NCBI GenBank assembly: GCA_017410525.1 | Contig: JAFQQQ010000005.1 | Location: 81,105 to 145,104 of the forward strand | DNA length: 64,000 bases | From: Bacilli bacterium | GTDB lineage: Bacteria; Bacillota_I; Bacilli_A; RF39; UBA660 | Direction: 5' to 3' | Shown here: positions 19,871-29,375 of the stretch, piece by piece | How positions within the stretch are numbered: position 1 is the first letter of the stretch | Layout of the letters: every line of letters begins with the position of its first letter | Made by a program: the position numbers and the translations under genes | The notes under the pieces: generated by a model | Told to the model about the DNA's origin: nothing | The model's input: only the letters and a program-made list of their open reading frames with translations | The model's database searches: none

Positions 19871-19996
19871 TATTCATGGTATCATAATTCACGACCGTAA
19901 TCAATTAAATTATACTTAATTTAATTAATTTCATACATAAAAAATTGTTATTTTGTTAGAAATATGTTATTATAAAGATAGTAGGGAGTGATAAAT

Positions 19997-21376
19997 ATGC
20001 AAAATAAAATTTTAAGTAGAATATTTTTAGATGTATATCAAAACTTGCCAATGTTTTATAGTAATAAACCTAAAATCAATATAGAAGATTATGATCTGTT
20101 AGAAGCAACTTTAGAAAATTATTTATTAGAAATATTGGGTTATAAAATAAAATATAATTACGAAGATAATTATAGGGAAATAATAAAACTTTTTGAAAAT
20201 GTTTTTTATAACAGTAGATATAAAAATTATAACAACATAATAGAAAGTATAAATACTTATAAAAAAGAATTAAAGGATAAATTAGAAAATCATAAATATA
20301 CTAGTTTATTTATAGATACATTAAGAAAAATGTATAGCAAATCTTATGATGGGAGAATACTTACTAATACTGAAAAAGATTTAAGTTTTTCTACAATAGC
20401 AATTAGTAACAAAGGAAATTCTTTTATGATAGGAAGAATACCTAGAAAAGAAGAACAAATTCTTCCTTCAATACAAATAAATGATATACAAGAATTTGAA
20501 GCTATATTAAAAAAATATATAGAATCGGTTGTATTATCAGATAGTTTTTATAACATATTTAATAATGTGTATTTTACAAACATTTCGTTTGAAGATAAAG
20601 TAAAAACTCTTATAGAGTGCACGTTATTTAATGCGACAGGAACTGACTTAAGTAATATAGAAAATTTTTTTAGAAAATATACAGATTTTATAAATGATAA
20701 AACATTTGATTTTATAAGAAGACCTAAACATATGGGTAATCTATTTAATGATGATTTATATGTAATGTGTAAAAGGTCAGAACTTGAGTATGAAACGCCT
20801 TACTATTTAGCTTTTATGTTAAATAATAAAAGAGTAGAATTACCAAATATAAGAATGGGGATAGAAAATAAAGAAGAAAAAAAAGTTGCACATATTATTG
20901 CTACTCAATCTGCTCAAACCGTATTAAACCAGGAAACATTTCAAGAAATTCAAAAAGAAATAAAAAATAATTTACCAACAGACGCATATTTTAGATTTTA
21001 TAATCCATCCCATTTAGTTTCTATTTTAATGACTTTCGGATTGCTTAAGGGTATTGGAATAGAGGAAGTAGAAGTAAAAGATTTTTTACCTTTTAGATAC
21101 AACAAAACTGTATTAGATAGACAAATGGATCCGGAAGAATCAGATAATTTCCAGAGAAGGTTAACTAATAAAAACTTAATAACATACATGAGACTTATAT
21201 CTGTAGTAGACGGAATAGATATTATAACTTATCCAGAAATGGATATGAGTTTAAAATTGAAGATAGAAGATAATGTTGTTTGTAAGAATGAATTTTTGCA
21301 AAAAATATATGATATGGGATATAAATTAGGCATAGAAAATAAAAATAATTTAGAACAAAATAAAACAATAAAGTAA
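19997..21376 (+). CDS. Hypothetical protein, no recognisable domain
   Basis: ~460-aa ORF with a GGGAG RBS 8 nt upstream of the ATG at 19997 (the ORF track begins at an upstream GTG at 19988). Asn/Lys-rich. Confidence 0.5.
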   Translation: MQNKILSRIFLDVYQNLPMFYSNKPKINIEDYDLLEATLENYLLEILGYKIKYNYEDNYREIIKLFENVFYNSRYKNYNNIIESINTYKKELKDKLENHKYTSLFIDTLRKMYSKSYDGRILTNTEKDLSFSTIAISNKGNSFMIGRIPRKEEQILPSIQINDIQEFEAILKKYIESVVLSDSFYNIFNNVYFTNISFEDKVKTLIECTLFNATGTDLSNIENFFRKYTDFINDKTFDFIRRPKHMGNLFNDDLYVMCKRSELEYETPYYLAFMLNNKRVELPNIRMGIENKEEKKVAHIIATQSAQTVLNQETFQEIQKEIKNNLPTDAYFRFYNPSHLVSILMTFGLLKGIGIEEVEVKDFLPFRYNKTVLDRQMDPEESDNFQRRLTNKNLITYMRLISVVDGIDIITYPEMDMSLKLKIEDNVVCKNEFLQKIYDMGYKLGIENKNNLEQNKTIK

Positions 21377-21443
21377 GGTAGTTATCTACCTTGTTTTTGT
21401 TAGGTAAAGGTGGTAAAATATAATCAACTGAAAGGAGGCAATT

Positions 21444-21722
21444 ATGTTTGAATTAGTATCAAAATATAGTCCTAGTGGAGATCAACCTCAAGCAATAGCA
21501 AAATTAGTTGAAGGCATTAAAAATGGAGAAAAGCATCAAACTTTAATGGGTGTTACTGGTTCAGGAAAAACTTTTACTATGGCAAATGTAATTGCCAAAG
21601 TTAACAAGCCAACTTTAATTCTTGCTCATAATAAAACTCTTGCAGGTCAATTATACGCAGAGTTTAAAGAATTATTTCCTAATAATAAAGTTTGTTTTTT
21701 TATATCTTATTATAATATCTAG
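21444..21722 (+). pseudogene. Truncated 5' copy of uvrB (92 codons, Walker A retained), diverged paralogous fragment
   Basis: [92 protein letters not shown]. This is ~90% aa and ~80% nt identical to codons 1-92 of the intact uvrB at 23064. It has its own AGGAGG RBS. Confidence 0.8.
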
Positions 21723-21982
21723 TACAAAATAACACATAATAAGATTATTTAGTGTTAACAAGTTCTTATAAAATAAGGCATAAAGTAAAATTTAACACTA
21801 ATCAAAACTAGATGCACGATTATAATTTTGTGACCTAATGCGTTTCAAAATTCATCCCTAAAATTTATAGGAGGAAATTATTATTGAAAGAGTTTATTTT
21901 TCTGACCAAAATGTGAAAAGTACTAAAAAAATATAAGTTGTTGATTCAACATTATGTTATAATTAAATAGAGGTATGATAAT

Positions 21983-22858
21983 ATGTATGAAATTTATTTT
22001 AAAAAAGTAGAAGAGGTATTGGATGCTTTTCCTGTTGATTGTAGAACTAATTATTATGAAAATAAAAAAAGTGTAAAAATAGAAATACAAGATGAACTTT
22101 TTAAAAACTTATATGCAACTTATGACCATGAAAAAAATGAAATAGAACTTTATAGAGAAACTGGGTTACCACATGAATTATTTCATATGGCATTTAGAGA
22201 TAAAAAAAAGGTAGAAAAGAAAATATTTGAAGATTCTGATATTATATATGGAAATGGAATTAGTTATAGTCGTGTACAAGATGGTAAAAAAAATACAGCT
22301 GGAAAAGCGATAACAGAGGGATTTGCAGAATATTTATCGAGAAAATGCAGTGAGGAAAAGGGTCATTTACTTGAATTCTTTTTTACAGATTTGCTTATTT
22401 CCATTTATGGTGAAGAAATAATTTGTTATGCACTAAAAAATAATTCTTTTGAATTTTTTACTGATGAAAGATTTAATGATATAATGTTATTTTCAAGAAC
22501 ACTAGATTCTCTATACGATCTTTCTGGTGCTATACAAACAATATCTAGATTCTCTGACATTTTTAAACAAGTATTCAACTCAAATGATGAAGAGGAAAAA
22601 CGTAAATTATCTCGTTCTATTTTTGAAATAAAACAAGGATTTAAAAATTGTGTAGTTAAATTGTTTGAAGTTATAGTTAACGAATATAATAGTTGCAATA
22701 AACCTAAAATATCAAAAGATGACTTTATTTTAAAATTAGAAGAATTTAGTAAAAACACTGATTATCAACATTTTTATAAGCTAGATGATTCAATAGTAAA
22801 CATGACAAAAGAGATAAATAAAATAATAAAAAGATTTAGTAAAGGTAGGAGTAAATAA
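21983..22858 (+). CDS. Hypothetical protein with an HExxH (zincin-like) motif
   Basis: 291 aa. PHELFHMAF is followed ~47 residues later by EGFAEY, consistent with a putative zinc metallopeptidase motif. Flanked by TTGTGACCTAA-containing direct repeats. Confidence 0.5.
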   Translation: MYEIYFKKVEEVLDAFPVDCRTNYYENKKSVKIEIQDELFKNLYATYDHEKNEIELYRETGLPHELFHMAFRDKKKVEKKIFEDSDIIYGNGISYSRVQDGKKNTAGKAITEGFAEYLSRKCSEEKGHLLEFFFTDLLISIYGEEIICYALKNNSFEFFTDERFNDIMLFSRTLDSLYDLSGAIQTISRFSDIFKQVFNSNDEEEKRKLSRSIFEIKQGFKNCVVKLFEVIVNEYNSCNKPKISKDDFILKLEEFSKNTDYQHFYKLDDSIVNMTKEINKIIKRFSKGRSK

Positions 22859-23063
22859 TTTATAGAAAGTTTAAAAAAAGATAAAAACGAAACCTAGTGA
22901 AGGTTTAAATCTTCCAAAAATGTTAAAAAATCCAAAATACAAATTTGTGACCTAAATTCGTCCCAAGCAAAAAAGTCGTGTATTAACCAAAGTTTTGGGG
23001 ACGAATTTTGATACCAATGGGGACGAATTTTTGGTTAATAGTAATCATAATGAGGTGATATAA

Positions 23064-25007
23064 ATGTTTCATTTAGTGTCAAAATATAAACCTTCTGGAG
23101 ACCAGCCACAAGCAATAAAAAAACTAGTTGAAGGTATTAAGAATGGTGAAAAACACCAGGTTTTAAAAGGGGTTACGGGTTCTGGAAAAACTTTTACAAT
23201 GGCAAATATAATTGCTGAAGTTAATAAACCAACACTTATTCTAGCTCACAATAAAACACTTGCAGGACAACTATATGCAGAGTTTAAAGAATTATTTCCA
23301 AATAATAAAGTATGTTTTTTTATTAGCTACTATGATTATTATCAACCCGAAGCTTATGTCGCAAAAACAGATACATATATAGAAAAAGATGCTGCGATAA
23401 ACGACGAAATAGATGAATTAAGACATGCTGCTACTGCGTCACTTTTAAATTTTAATGATGTAATAGTAGTTGCTTCTGTATCTTGCATATACGGTATAGG
23501 TGAAATGGAAGAATATCAAAAAAAGATGTTAACACTCTTCCAAGGACAAACTATTGATAGAGAAAAAATAATAGAAAAATTAATAGATATGCTTTATGAA
23601 AGAAATGATATAGATTTTAAAAGGGGTACCTTTAGAGCTAAAGGAGATATTATAGATATTGTTCCAATAAATGAACATACTAAAGGTATTAGAATAGAAC
23701 TGTTTGGAGATGAGATAGAATCAATAAAAGAGTTTGATCCTATAACAGGAAGCATAACTTCAAATAAAAAATCAATATCTTTATTTCCTGCTAGTCATTT
23801 TGTAACTAGTCCTGAAAAATTGAATAAAGCTTTAGAAAATATAAGAAAAGAACTAGAAGAAAGGTTAGCTTGTTTTCAAAAAAATAATAAACTTTTAGAA
23901 TATCAAAGGCTTAGTGAAAGAACTAATTATGATTTGGAGATGCTTGAAGAAACAGGTTTCTGTAGGGGAGTAGAAAATTATTCTAGACCACTTGCCTTAA
24001 AAGAACCTGGAGCAACCCCAACAACTCTTATAGATTTCTTTAAAGATGATTTTTTGCTTTTCATAGATGAATCACATGTTACTCTACCACAAGTAAGGGG
24101 TATGTATAATGGGGATAGAGCAAGAAAAGAAGTTCTTGTAGATTATGGATTTAGACTTCCTAGTGCGCTTGACAATAGACCTTTAAAATTTAATGAGTTT
24201 GAAGACAAAATAAATCAAGTTATTTATGTATCTGCTACTCCTGGAGACTATGAGTTAGAACATTCCCCAAAACCAGTAGAACAATTAATTAGACCTACAG
24301 GCTTACTTGATCCTACTATAGAAGTTCATCCGACTAAAAACCAAATAGATGACTTAATTGGTGAAATAAATGAAAGAGTAGAAAATAAAGAAAAGGTACT
24401 TATAACAACATTAACAATTAGAATGGCAGAAGAATTAACACAATACTTAAAAGGATTAGATATAAAGGTTGCTTATCTGCACTCAGAGATTAAATCATTA
24501 GAAAGACTTAAAATAATAAGAGATTTAAGAAAAGGCAAATATGATGTAATAGTTGGAATAAACTTACTTAGAGAAGGTTTAGACATTCCAGAAGTATCTT
24601 TAGTGGCTATTATGGATGCTGACAAACAAGGTTTCTTAAGAAGTGAGAGAAGTTTAATACAAACAATAGGTAGAGCTGCTAGAAATGCTAATGGTAAAGT
24701 TATAATGTATGCAGATTACATTAGTGAATCTATGGATATTGCTATAAAAGAAACAGAAAGAAGAAGACAAATACAAGAAGAATATAATAAACAAAATAAT
24801 ATTGTTCCAAAAACAATAATAAAAGAAATAGCTGATATAGTATCTAATGAAGTAGAAGAAGAAATAAAGTTAGAAAAGATGTCTAAACAAGATAAAGTAA
24901 AACTTATGATAAAATTAGAAAATGAAATGAAAGAAGCAGCCAAGAACTTAGATTTTGAAAGAGCTATGGAACTTAGAGATATTCTATTTGAATTAAAAAG
25001 CGAATAG
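23064..25007 (+). CDS. uvrB: Excinuclease ABC subunit B
   Basis: 647 aa with an N-terminal Walker A (GVTGSGKT), helicase motifs, the beta-hairpin region and a C-terminal UVR domain (…[11 protein letters not shown]…). Confidence 0.95.
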   Translation: MFHLVSKYKPSGDQPQAIKKLVEGIKNGEKHQVLKGVTGSGKTFTMANIIAEVNKPTLILAHNKTLAGQLYAEFKELFPNNKVCFFISYYDYYQPEAYVAKTDTYIEKDAAINDEIDELRHAATASLLNFNDVIVVASVSCIYGIGEMEEYQKKMLTLFQGQTIDREKIIEKLIDMLYERNDIDFKRGTFRAKGDIIDIVPINEHTKGIRIELFGDEIESIKEFDPITGSITSNKKSISLFPASHFVTSPEKLNKALENIRKELEERLACFQKNNKLLEYQRLSERTNYDLEMLEETGFCRGVENYSRPLALKEPGATPTTLIDFFKDDFLLFIDESHVTLPQVRGMYNGDRARKEVLVDYGFRLPSALDNRPLKFNEFEDKINQVIYVSATPGDYELEHSPKPVEQLIRPTGLLDPTIEVHPTKNQIDDLIGEINERVENKEKVLITTLTIRMAEELTQYLKGLDIKVAYLHSEIKSLERLKIIRDLRKGKYDVIVGINLLREGLDIPEVSLVAIMDADKQGFLRSERSLIQTIGRAARNANGKVIMYADYISESMDIAIKETERRRQIQEEYNKQNNIVPKTIIKEIADIVSNEVEEEIKLEKMSKQDKVKLMIKLENEMKEAAKNLDFERAMELRDILFELKSE

Positions 25008-25033
25008 GTATATAATTATGTGTAGGTGATAAA

Positions 25034-25429
25034 ATGAAAATAAATAAATATTTAGATTGGTTTATACATATGGTAGGTTATGCCTTAGTACTTATAACTA
25101 TATCTGTAATATTTCAAAAAACAATATATATAGATAATAGAATCTTTGGATTATGGGGACTTATTGCTGTTATTATAGTATTTATACTTAATAGAACAAT
25201 AAAACCAATATTAGTATGGATGACATTACCATTAACCGCACTTACTTTAGGGCTTTTTTATCCTTTAATAAATATATTAATATTGAAAATAACAGATTTT
25301 ATATTAGGTAATCATTTTGAAATAAAAGGAACAATAATGTTATTCTTTGTTTCTATAACAATTTCAATTATGAATGCTATAATGGATAATATTATAATAG
25401 ATAATTTGCTTAAAGGGAGAAAGAAATGA
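25034..25429 (+). CDS. Small integral membrane protein (4 TM; DUF360/holin-superfamily-IV-like)
   Basis: 131 aa, hydrophobic; overlaps the lgt start (ATGA). Confidence 0.5.
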   Translation: MKINKYLDWFIHMVGYALVLITISVIFQKTIYIDNRIFGLWGLIAVIIVFILNRTIKPILVWMTLPLTALTLGLFYPLINILILKITDFILGNHFEIKGTIMLFFVSITISIMNAIMDNIIIDNLLKGRKK

Positions 25430-26205
25430 ATCCAATATTATTAGATTTAGGTTTTATAGAAATTAAATGGTATTCAATATTTGTTTTATTAGCTTTTATA
25501 ATAGGTTATAGACTTGTTATAAGTAGGTGTAAGAAAAAAGGTTTAAATATTTCTAAAATAAGTGATATGTGTTTTTACTTGGTAGTTGTTTGCATATTAG
25601 GGGCAAGGCTATACTACTGCATATTTAATTTAGATTATTATTTAAATAATTTAACAGATATAATTAAACTATGGGAAGGCGGACTTGCAATACATGGTGG
25701 TATAATAGCAGGTATAATATTTATCTTCTTTTATACAAGAAAACATGACATATCCCTACTAGATATTTTAGATATCTTCGCTCCAGCGCTTGTACTTGGA
25801 CAAGCCATAGGTAGATGGGGTAATTTCTTTAATAGTGAAGCATTTGGTCCAGAGACTACATTTGAAATTTTAAAAAACTTAAATATACCTGAGTTTATAA
25901 TAAATGGCATGTATATAGATAATGCATATCAGCACCCAACATTCTTTTATGAGTCGTTAGGGTGCTTACTAATTTTCATAATAGTAATAATTATTAGAAA
26001 TATTAAATCTATTAAAGTAGGTCAAGTTGCTTCAATATACTTAATAGGTTATGGAATACTTAGGTTTTTAATAGAATCTTTAAGACAAGATAGTTTAATG
26101 TTTTTTGGGTTAAAAGTAGCTCAATTAGTATCACTAATAATGATAGTAGTAGGTATAGTTTTATTTATACTTCCATATATTAAAAGACTTCAGAAATCTT
26201 CTTAA
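25426..26205 (+). CDS. lgt: Prolipoprotein diacylglyceryl transferase
   Basis: 259 aa with the lgt signature GRWGNFFNSEAFG, multi-TM. Confidence 0.9.
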   Translation: MNPILLDLGFIEIKWYSIFVLLAFIIGYRLVISRCKKKGLNISKISDMCFYLVVVCILGARLYYCIFNLDYYLNNLTDIIKLWEGGLAIHGGIIAGIIFIFFYTRKHDISLLDILDIFAPALVLGQAIGRWGNFFNSEAFGPETTFEILKNLNIPEFIINGMYIDNAYQHPTFFYESLGCLLIFIIVIIIRNIKSIKVGQVASIYLIGYGILRFLIESLRQDSLMFFGLKVAQLVSLIMIVVGIVLFILPYIKRLQKSS

Positions 26206-26240
26206 GTCTTTTTTTATACATATACTTTACTGGTGATTAA

Positions 26241-27530
26241 ATGTTAAATAGAATAATATGGTTAATCGCAACATCCTTAATAATTATAAGTGGACTTTAT
26301 TTTTCTTTTAAATTAAAGTTTATTCAATTTAGATTTATAAAGATGTTCAAAAGTTTATTTATAAAAAATAAAGAACAAGAAACTATAAAACCTTTTGAAT
26401 CTTTAATGATGGTACTCGCAGGTAGGATCGGTGTAGGAAGTATTGCTGGAATAGCTATATCTATTTATTATGGAGGAGTAGGTAGCATTTTTTGGATGTG
26501 GGTAAGTTCATTACTTGCTACTTCTTTAACATTCGTAGAAACAATACTAGGAATGGTATATCAAAAAAAAGACACTAAACAAGTAAGTAAAGGTGGTCCT
26601 AGCTACTATATAAAATATGGTTTAAATAATAAATTACTAGGGAATATTTATGCATTTATTATAATCCTTACAGATATATTTGGATTTATTAGTATACAGA
26701 CTAATACAATAACTCATTCTATTCAAGAAATAGCAAATATAGATAGTGAGATTATAGGTATTGTACTTAGCATTTTAGTTATAATCATAATCATAGGCGG
26801 GGTTAAAAGGATTGCTAATTTCTCAAGCAAGATGGTTCCTACTATGACATTATTATATCTATTTATTTGTTTAATAATAATTATTATTAATGTGGATAAA
26901 CTACCTAATATATTTTTAACGATATTTAAAAGTGCTTTTGAGTTTAAATCAATTAGTGGTGGCATATTAGGTAGTATGATTATAGGAATACAAAGGGGAA
27001 TATTTTCAAACGAAGCAGGTATAGGTACAGGAGCAATCGCATCTGCTGCCACTAAAACTTCATCAACAGAAGAGAAACTTGCTCAAGGTTATACTCAAAT
27101 GTTAGGAGTATATATAACTACATTTTTAATATGTACATCAACTGCTTTAATACTTTTGACTACAAAAATATCAAACCTAAACATAAATAATTTAAACGGA
27201 ATAGAAATAGTTCAATATGCATACACTAATCATTTAGGAACTATAGGCAATTACTTTGTTTTTATAATAATATTCCTATTTGCTTTTACTACAATTCTTT
27301 CTAGTTATTATAATGGAGAATCTTCGCTAAAATACTTTATAGAAAATCCTAAAAAAATATTGAAGGTTTTAAAAATACTAACTTGTATATCAATAATAAT
27401 AGGGGCAATATCTAAATCAAACATTATATGGAACTTTATAGATGTTTTTGTAGGAATACTCGCTATTATAAATATATATGCTTTGATAAAATTAAAAGAT
27501 GATGTAATAAATTTATTAAATAAGAGATAA
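26241..27530 (+). CDS. Alanine/glycine:cation symporter (AGCS family)
   Basis: 429 aa with the AGCS signature GGVGSIFWMWVSSLLA…E..LG and ~11 TM helices. Confidence 0.8.
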   Translation: MLNRIIWLIATSLIIISGLYFSFKLKFIQFRFIKMFKSLFIKNKEQETIKPFESLMMVLAGRIGVGSIAGIAISIYYGGVGSIFWMWVSSLLATSLTFVETILGMVYQKKDTKQVSKGGPSYYIKYGLNNKLLGNIYAFIIILTDIFGFISIQTNTITHSIQEIANIDSEIIGIVLSILVIIIIIGGVKRIANFSSKMVPTMTLLYLFICLIIIIINVDKLPNIFLTIFKSAFEFKSISGGILGSMIIGIQRGIFSNEAGIGTGAIASAATKTSSTEEKLAQGYTQMLGVYITTFLICTSTALILLTTKISNLNINNLNGIEIVQYAYTNHLGTIGNYFVFIIIFLFAFTTILSSYYNGESSLKYFIENPKKILKVLKILTCISIIIGAISKSNIIWNFIDVFVGILAIINIYALIKLKDDVINLLNKR

Positions 27531-27559
27531 ATTTGTGATAAAATGTAAGTGGTGGTAGT

Positions 27560-28210
27560 ATGATAAATAAAAAATGGGATGTAATTTTAAAAGATGAATT
27601 TGAAAAAGAATACTTTAAAAACTTAGGTATATTTGTAAAAAACGAATATAAAACTAAAGCAGTATTTCCAGCCTATGAAAATATATTTGATGCATTAAGA
27701 TTTACCGACTATGATGAAGTTAAAGTTGTAATATTAGGTCAAGATCCATACCACGGATTAGGTGAAGCACACGGCCTTTCGTTTTCCGTAAGAGAAGGAG
27801 TAAAAATGCCACCATCACTACTTAATATATTTAAAGAACTTTATAGTGATTTAGGTATAAAAAGAACTAAAAGTGATTTAACTGATTGGGCTAAAGAAGG
27901 CGTATTACTTTTAAATTCAATAATGACCGTAGTAAAAGATACCCCATTATCTCATAAAAATAAAGGTTGGGAAATATTTACTGATACAGTTATTTCTAAA
28001 TTAAATGATAGAGAAGAACCAGTAATATTCTTACTATGGGGAAGTTTTGCTAGAAGTAAAAAAGAACTAATAACAAATAAAAGACATAAAATTATAGAAT
28101 CGGTTCATCCGTCTCCCTTATCTGCAAGTCGCGGATTCTTTGGAAGTAAACCATTTAGTAAAATAAATAACTATTTAAAAGATATGAATAAAGAAGAAAT
28201 AAAGTGGTAA
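27560..28210 (+). CDS. ung: Uracil-DNA glycosylase (family 1)
   Basis: 216 aa with GQDPYHG and HPSPLS motifs. Confidence 0.9.
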   Translation: MINKKWDVILKDEFEKEYFKNLGIFVKNEYKTKAVFPAYENIFDALRFTDYDEVKVVILGQDPYHGLGEAHGLSFSVREGVKMPPSLLNIFKELYSDLGIKRTKSDLTDWAKEGVLLLNSIMTVVKDTPLSHKNKGWEIFTDTVISKLNDREEPVIFLLWGSFARSKKELITNKRHKIIESVHPSPLSASRGFFGSKPFSKINNYLKDMNKEEIKW

Positions 28211-28268
28211 TTATTTCTTCTTTTTGTATAAAATAAAAAATATTGTTCAATATTAAATAGGTGATTAA

Positions 28269-28799
28269 ATGAAAAAAACAATATTTTTACTTTTTGGAAT
28301 AATAATAGCTTATATATTAATTGGTAATATTGTAAGTGCGAATGATATAATACCAGATGATGCAATAAGGATAAGAGTGATTGGCAATTCTAATAGTGAA
28401 TACGATCAAGAAATAAAATATAAAGTTAAAGATATAGTGGAGTATGATATGTATAATTTATTAAAAAGTACAACTGATTTAAGGGTTGCTAGAGAGTTAA
28501 TAAAAGGTAATTTACCTAACTTAGAAAATAATATTTACACTACTTTACAAAAAGAAGAGTATAAATTACCTTTTTCTGTTAATTTTGGATTAAATTACTT
28601 TCCTGAAAAGGAATACAAAGGCATAATTTATGAAGAAGGATACTATGAATCAGTAGTTGTCACTTTAGGAGAAGGTTTAGGTGATAATTGGTGGTGCGTA
28701 TTATTCCCACCTTTATGTATGTTAGAAGCAGAAGATACTAATACTACTGATGTTGAATACACAACACTTGTAAAAACTATAATAGATAAATATTTTTAA
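28269..28799 (+). CDS. spoIIR: Stage II sporulation protein R
   Basis: 176 aa with a signal peptide. IPDDAIRIRVIGNSNSEYDQ… and GDNWWCVLFPPLCM match B. subtilis SpoIIR IPDQAIRLRILANSDSDQDQ… and GANWWCVLFPPLCF. Confidence 0.85.
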   Translation: MKKTIFLLFGIIIAYILIGNIVSANDIIPDDAIRIRVIGNSNSEYDQEIKYKVKDIVEYDMYNLLKSTTDLRVARELIKGNLPNLENNIYTTLQKEEYKLPFSVNFGLNYFPEKEYKGIIYEEGYYESVVVTLGEGLGDNWWCVLFPPLCMLEAEDTNTTDVEYTTLVKTIIDKYF

Positions 28800-28830
28800 A
28801 AATAATGAGTATTATTTTATAGGTGAAACT

Positions 28831-29364
28831 ATGAATATAATACTCATTTTTATTATAGCTGTTAGTTTAAGCATGGATGCATTTTCATTGTCTTTAGCTT
28901 ATGGTACTATTTCTATGTCAAAAAAAGAGATAAGGTTATTATCTATTATAGTAGGTATATACCACTTCTTTATGCCTATACTTGGAATGTTAATAGGTAA
29001 GTTTATTTTTAATATAATGCATATAAGTGGTGATTTAATTGTTCTAATTATATTTAGTTTTATAGGAATAAATATGATTATAGAAAGTTTAAAAAAAGAA
29101 GAAAAAGTAAAGAAAATGAAATTAGGAGAAATGATTTTATTTGGTTTAGCAGTTAGTATAGATAGTTTCTCAGTTGGTATTGGAATAAATAATATAAGTG
29201 ATAATTTTATAATGTGTTCAAGTATATTTTCTATTACTAGTTTTATGTTTACTTATATAGGGTTAAAACTTGGTAATAAATTAAATCAGTTAATAGGTAA
29301 GATTTCTACAATAGTAGGTGGTGTAGTACTTATATTATTTGGTTTAATTTATATAATAAAATAG
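28831..29364 (+). CDS. mntP: Manganese efflux pump MntP (DUF204)
   Basis: 177 aa with two DUF204 half-repeats (SMDAFSLSLAYG… and SIDSFSVGIG…). Confidence 0.8.
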   Translation: MNIILIFIIAVSLSMDAFSLSLAYGTISMSKKEIRLLSIIVGIYHFFMPILGMLIGKFIFNIMHISGDLIVLIIFSFIGINMIIESLKKEEKVKKMKLGEMILFGLAVSIDSFSVGIGINNISDNFIMCSSIFSITSFMFTYIGLKLGNKLNQLIGKISTIVGGVVLILFGLIYIIK

Positions 29365-29375
29365 AAAATAGTTAA

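Noticed and set aside
21444-21722. Calling the 92-codon UvrB-N ORF a bona fide separate gene
   Set aside because: It terminates exactly where homology to full-length uvrB stops and lacks the rest of the helicase domains. It is therefore treated as a gene fragment/pseudogene. Possible expression is flagged in findings, not asserted.
22990-23063. Looked for a Cheo/LexA box (GAAC-N4-GTTC) upstream of uvrB
   Set aside because: No GAAC…GTTC dyad is present. The GGGGACGAATTT direct repeats found there do not match the Firmicutes LexA consensus.
28800-28830. Looked for a yybP-ykoY manganese riboswitch upstream of mntP
   Set aside because: The intergenic region is only ~30 nt. There is no room for the ~100-nt riboswitch.
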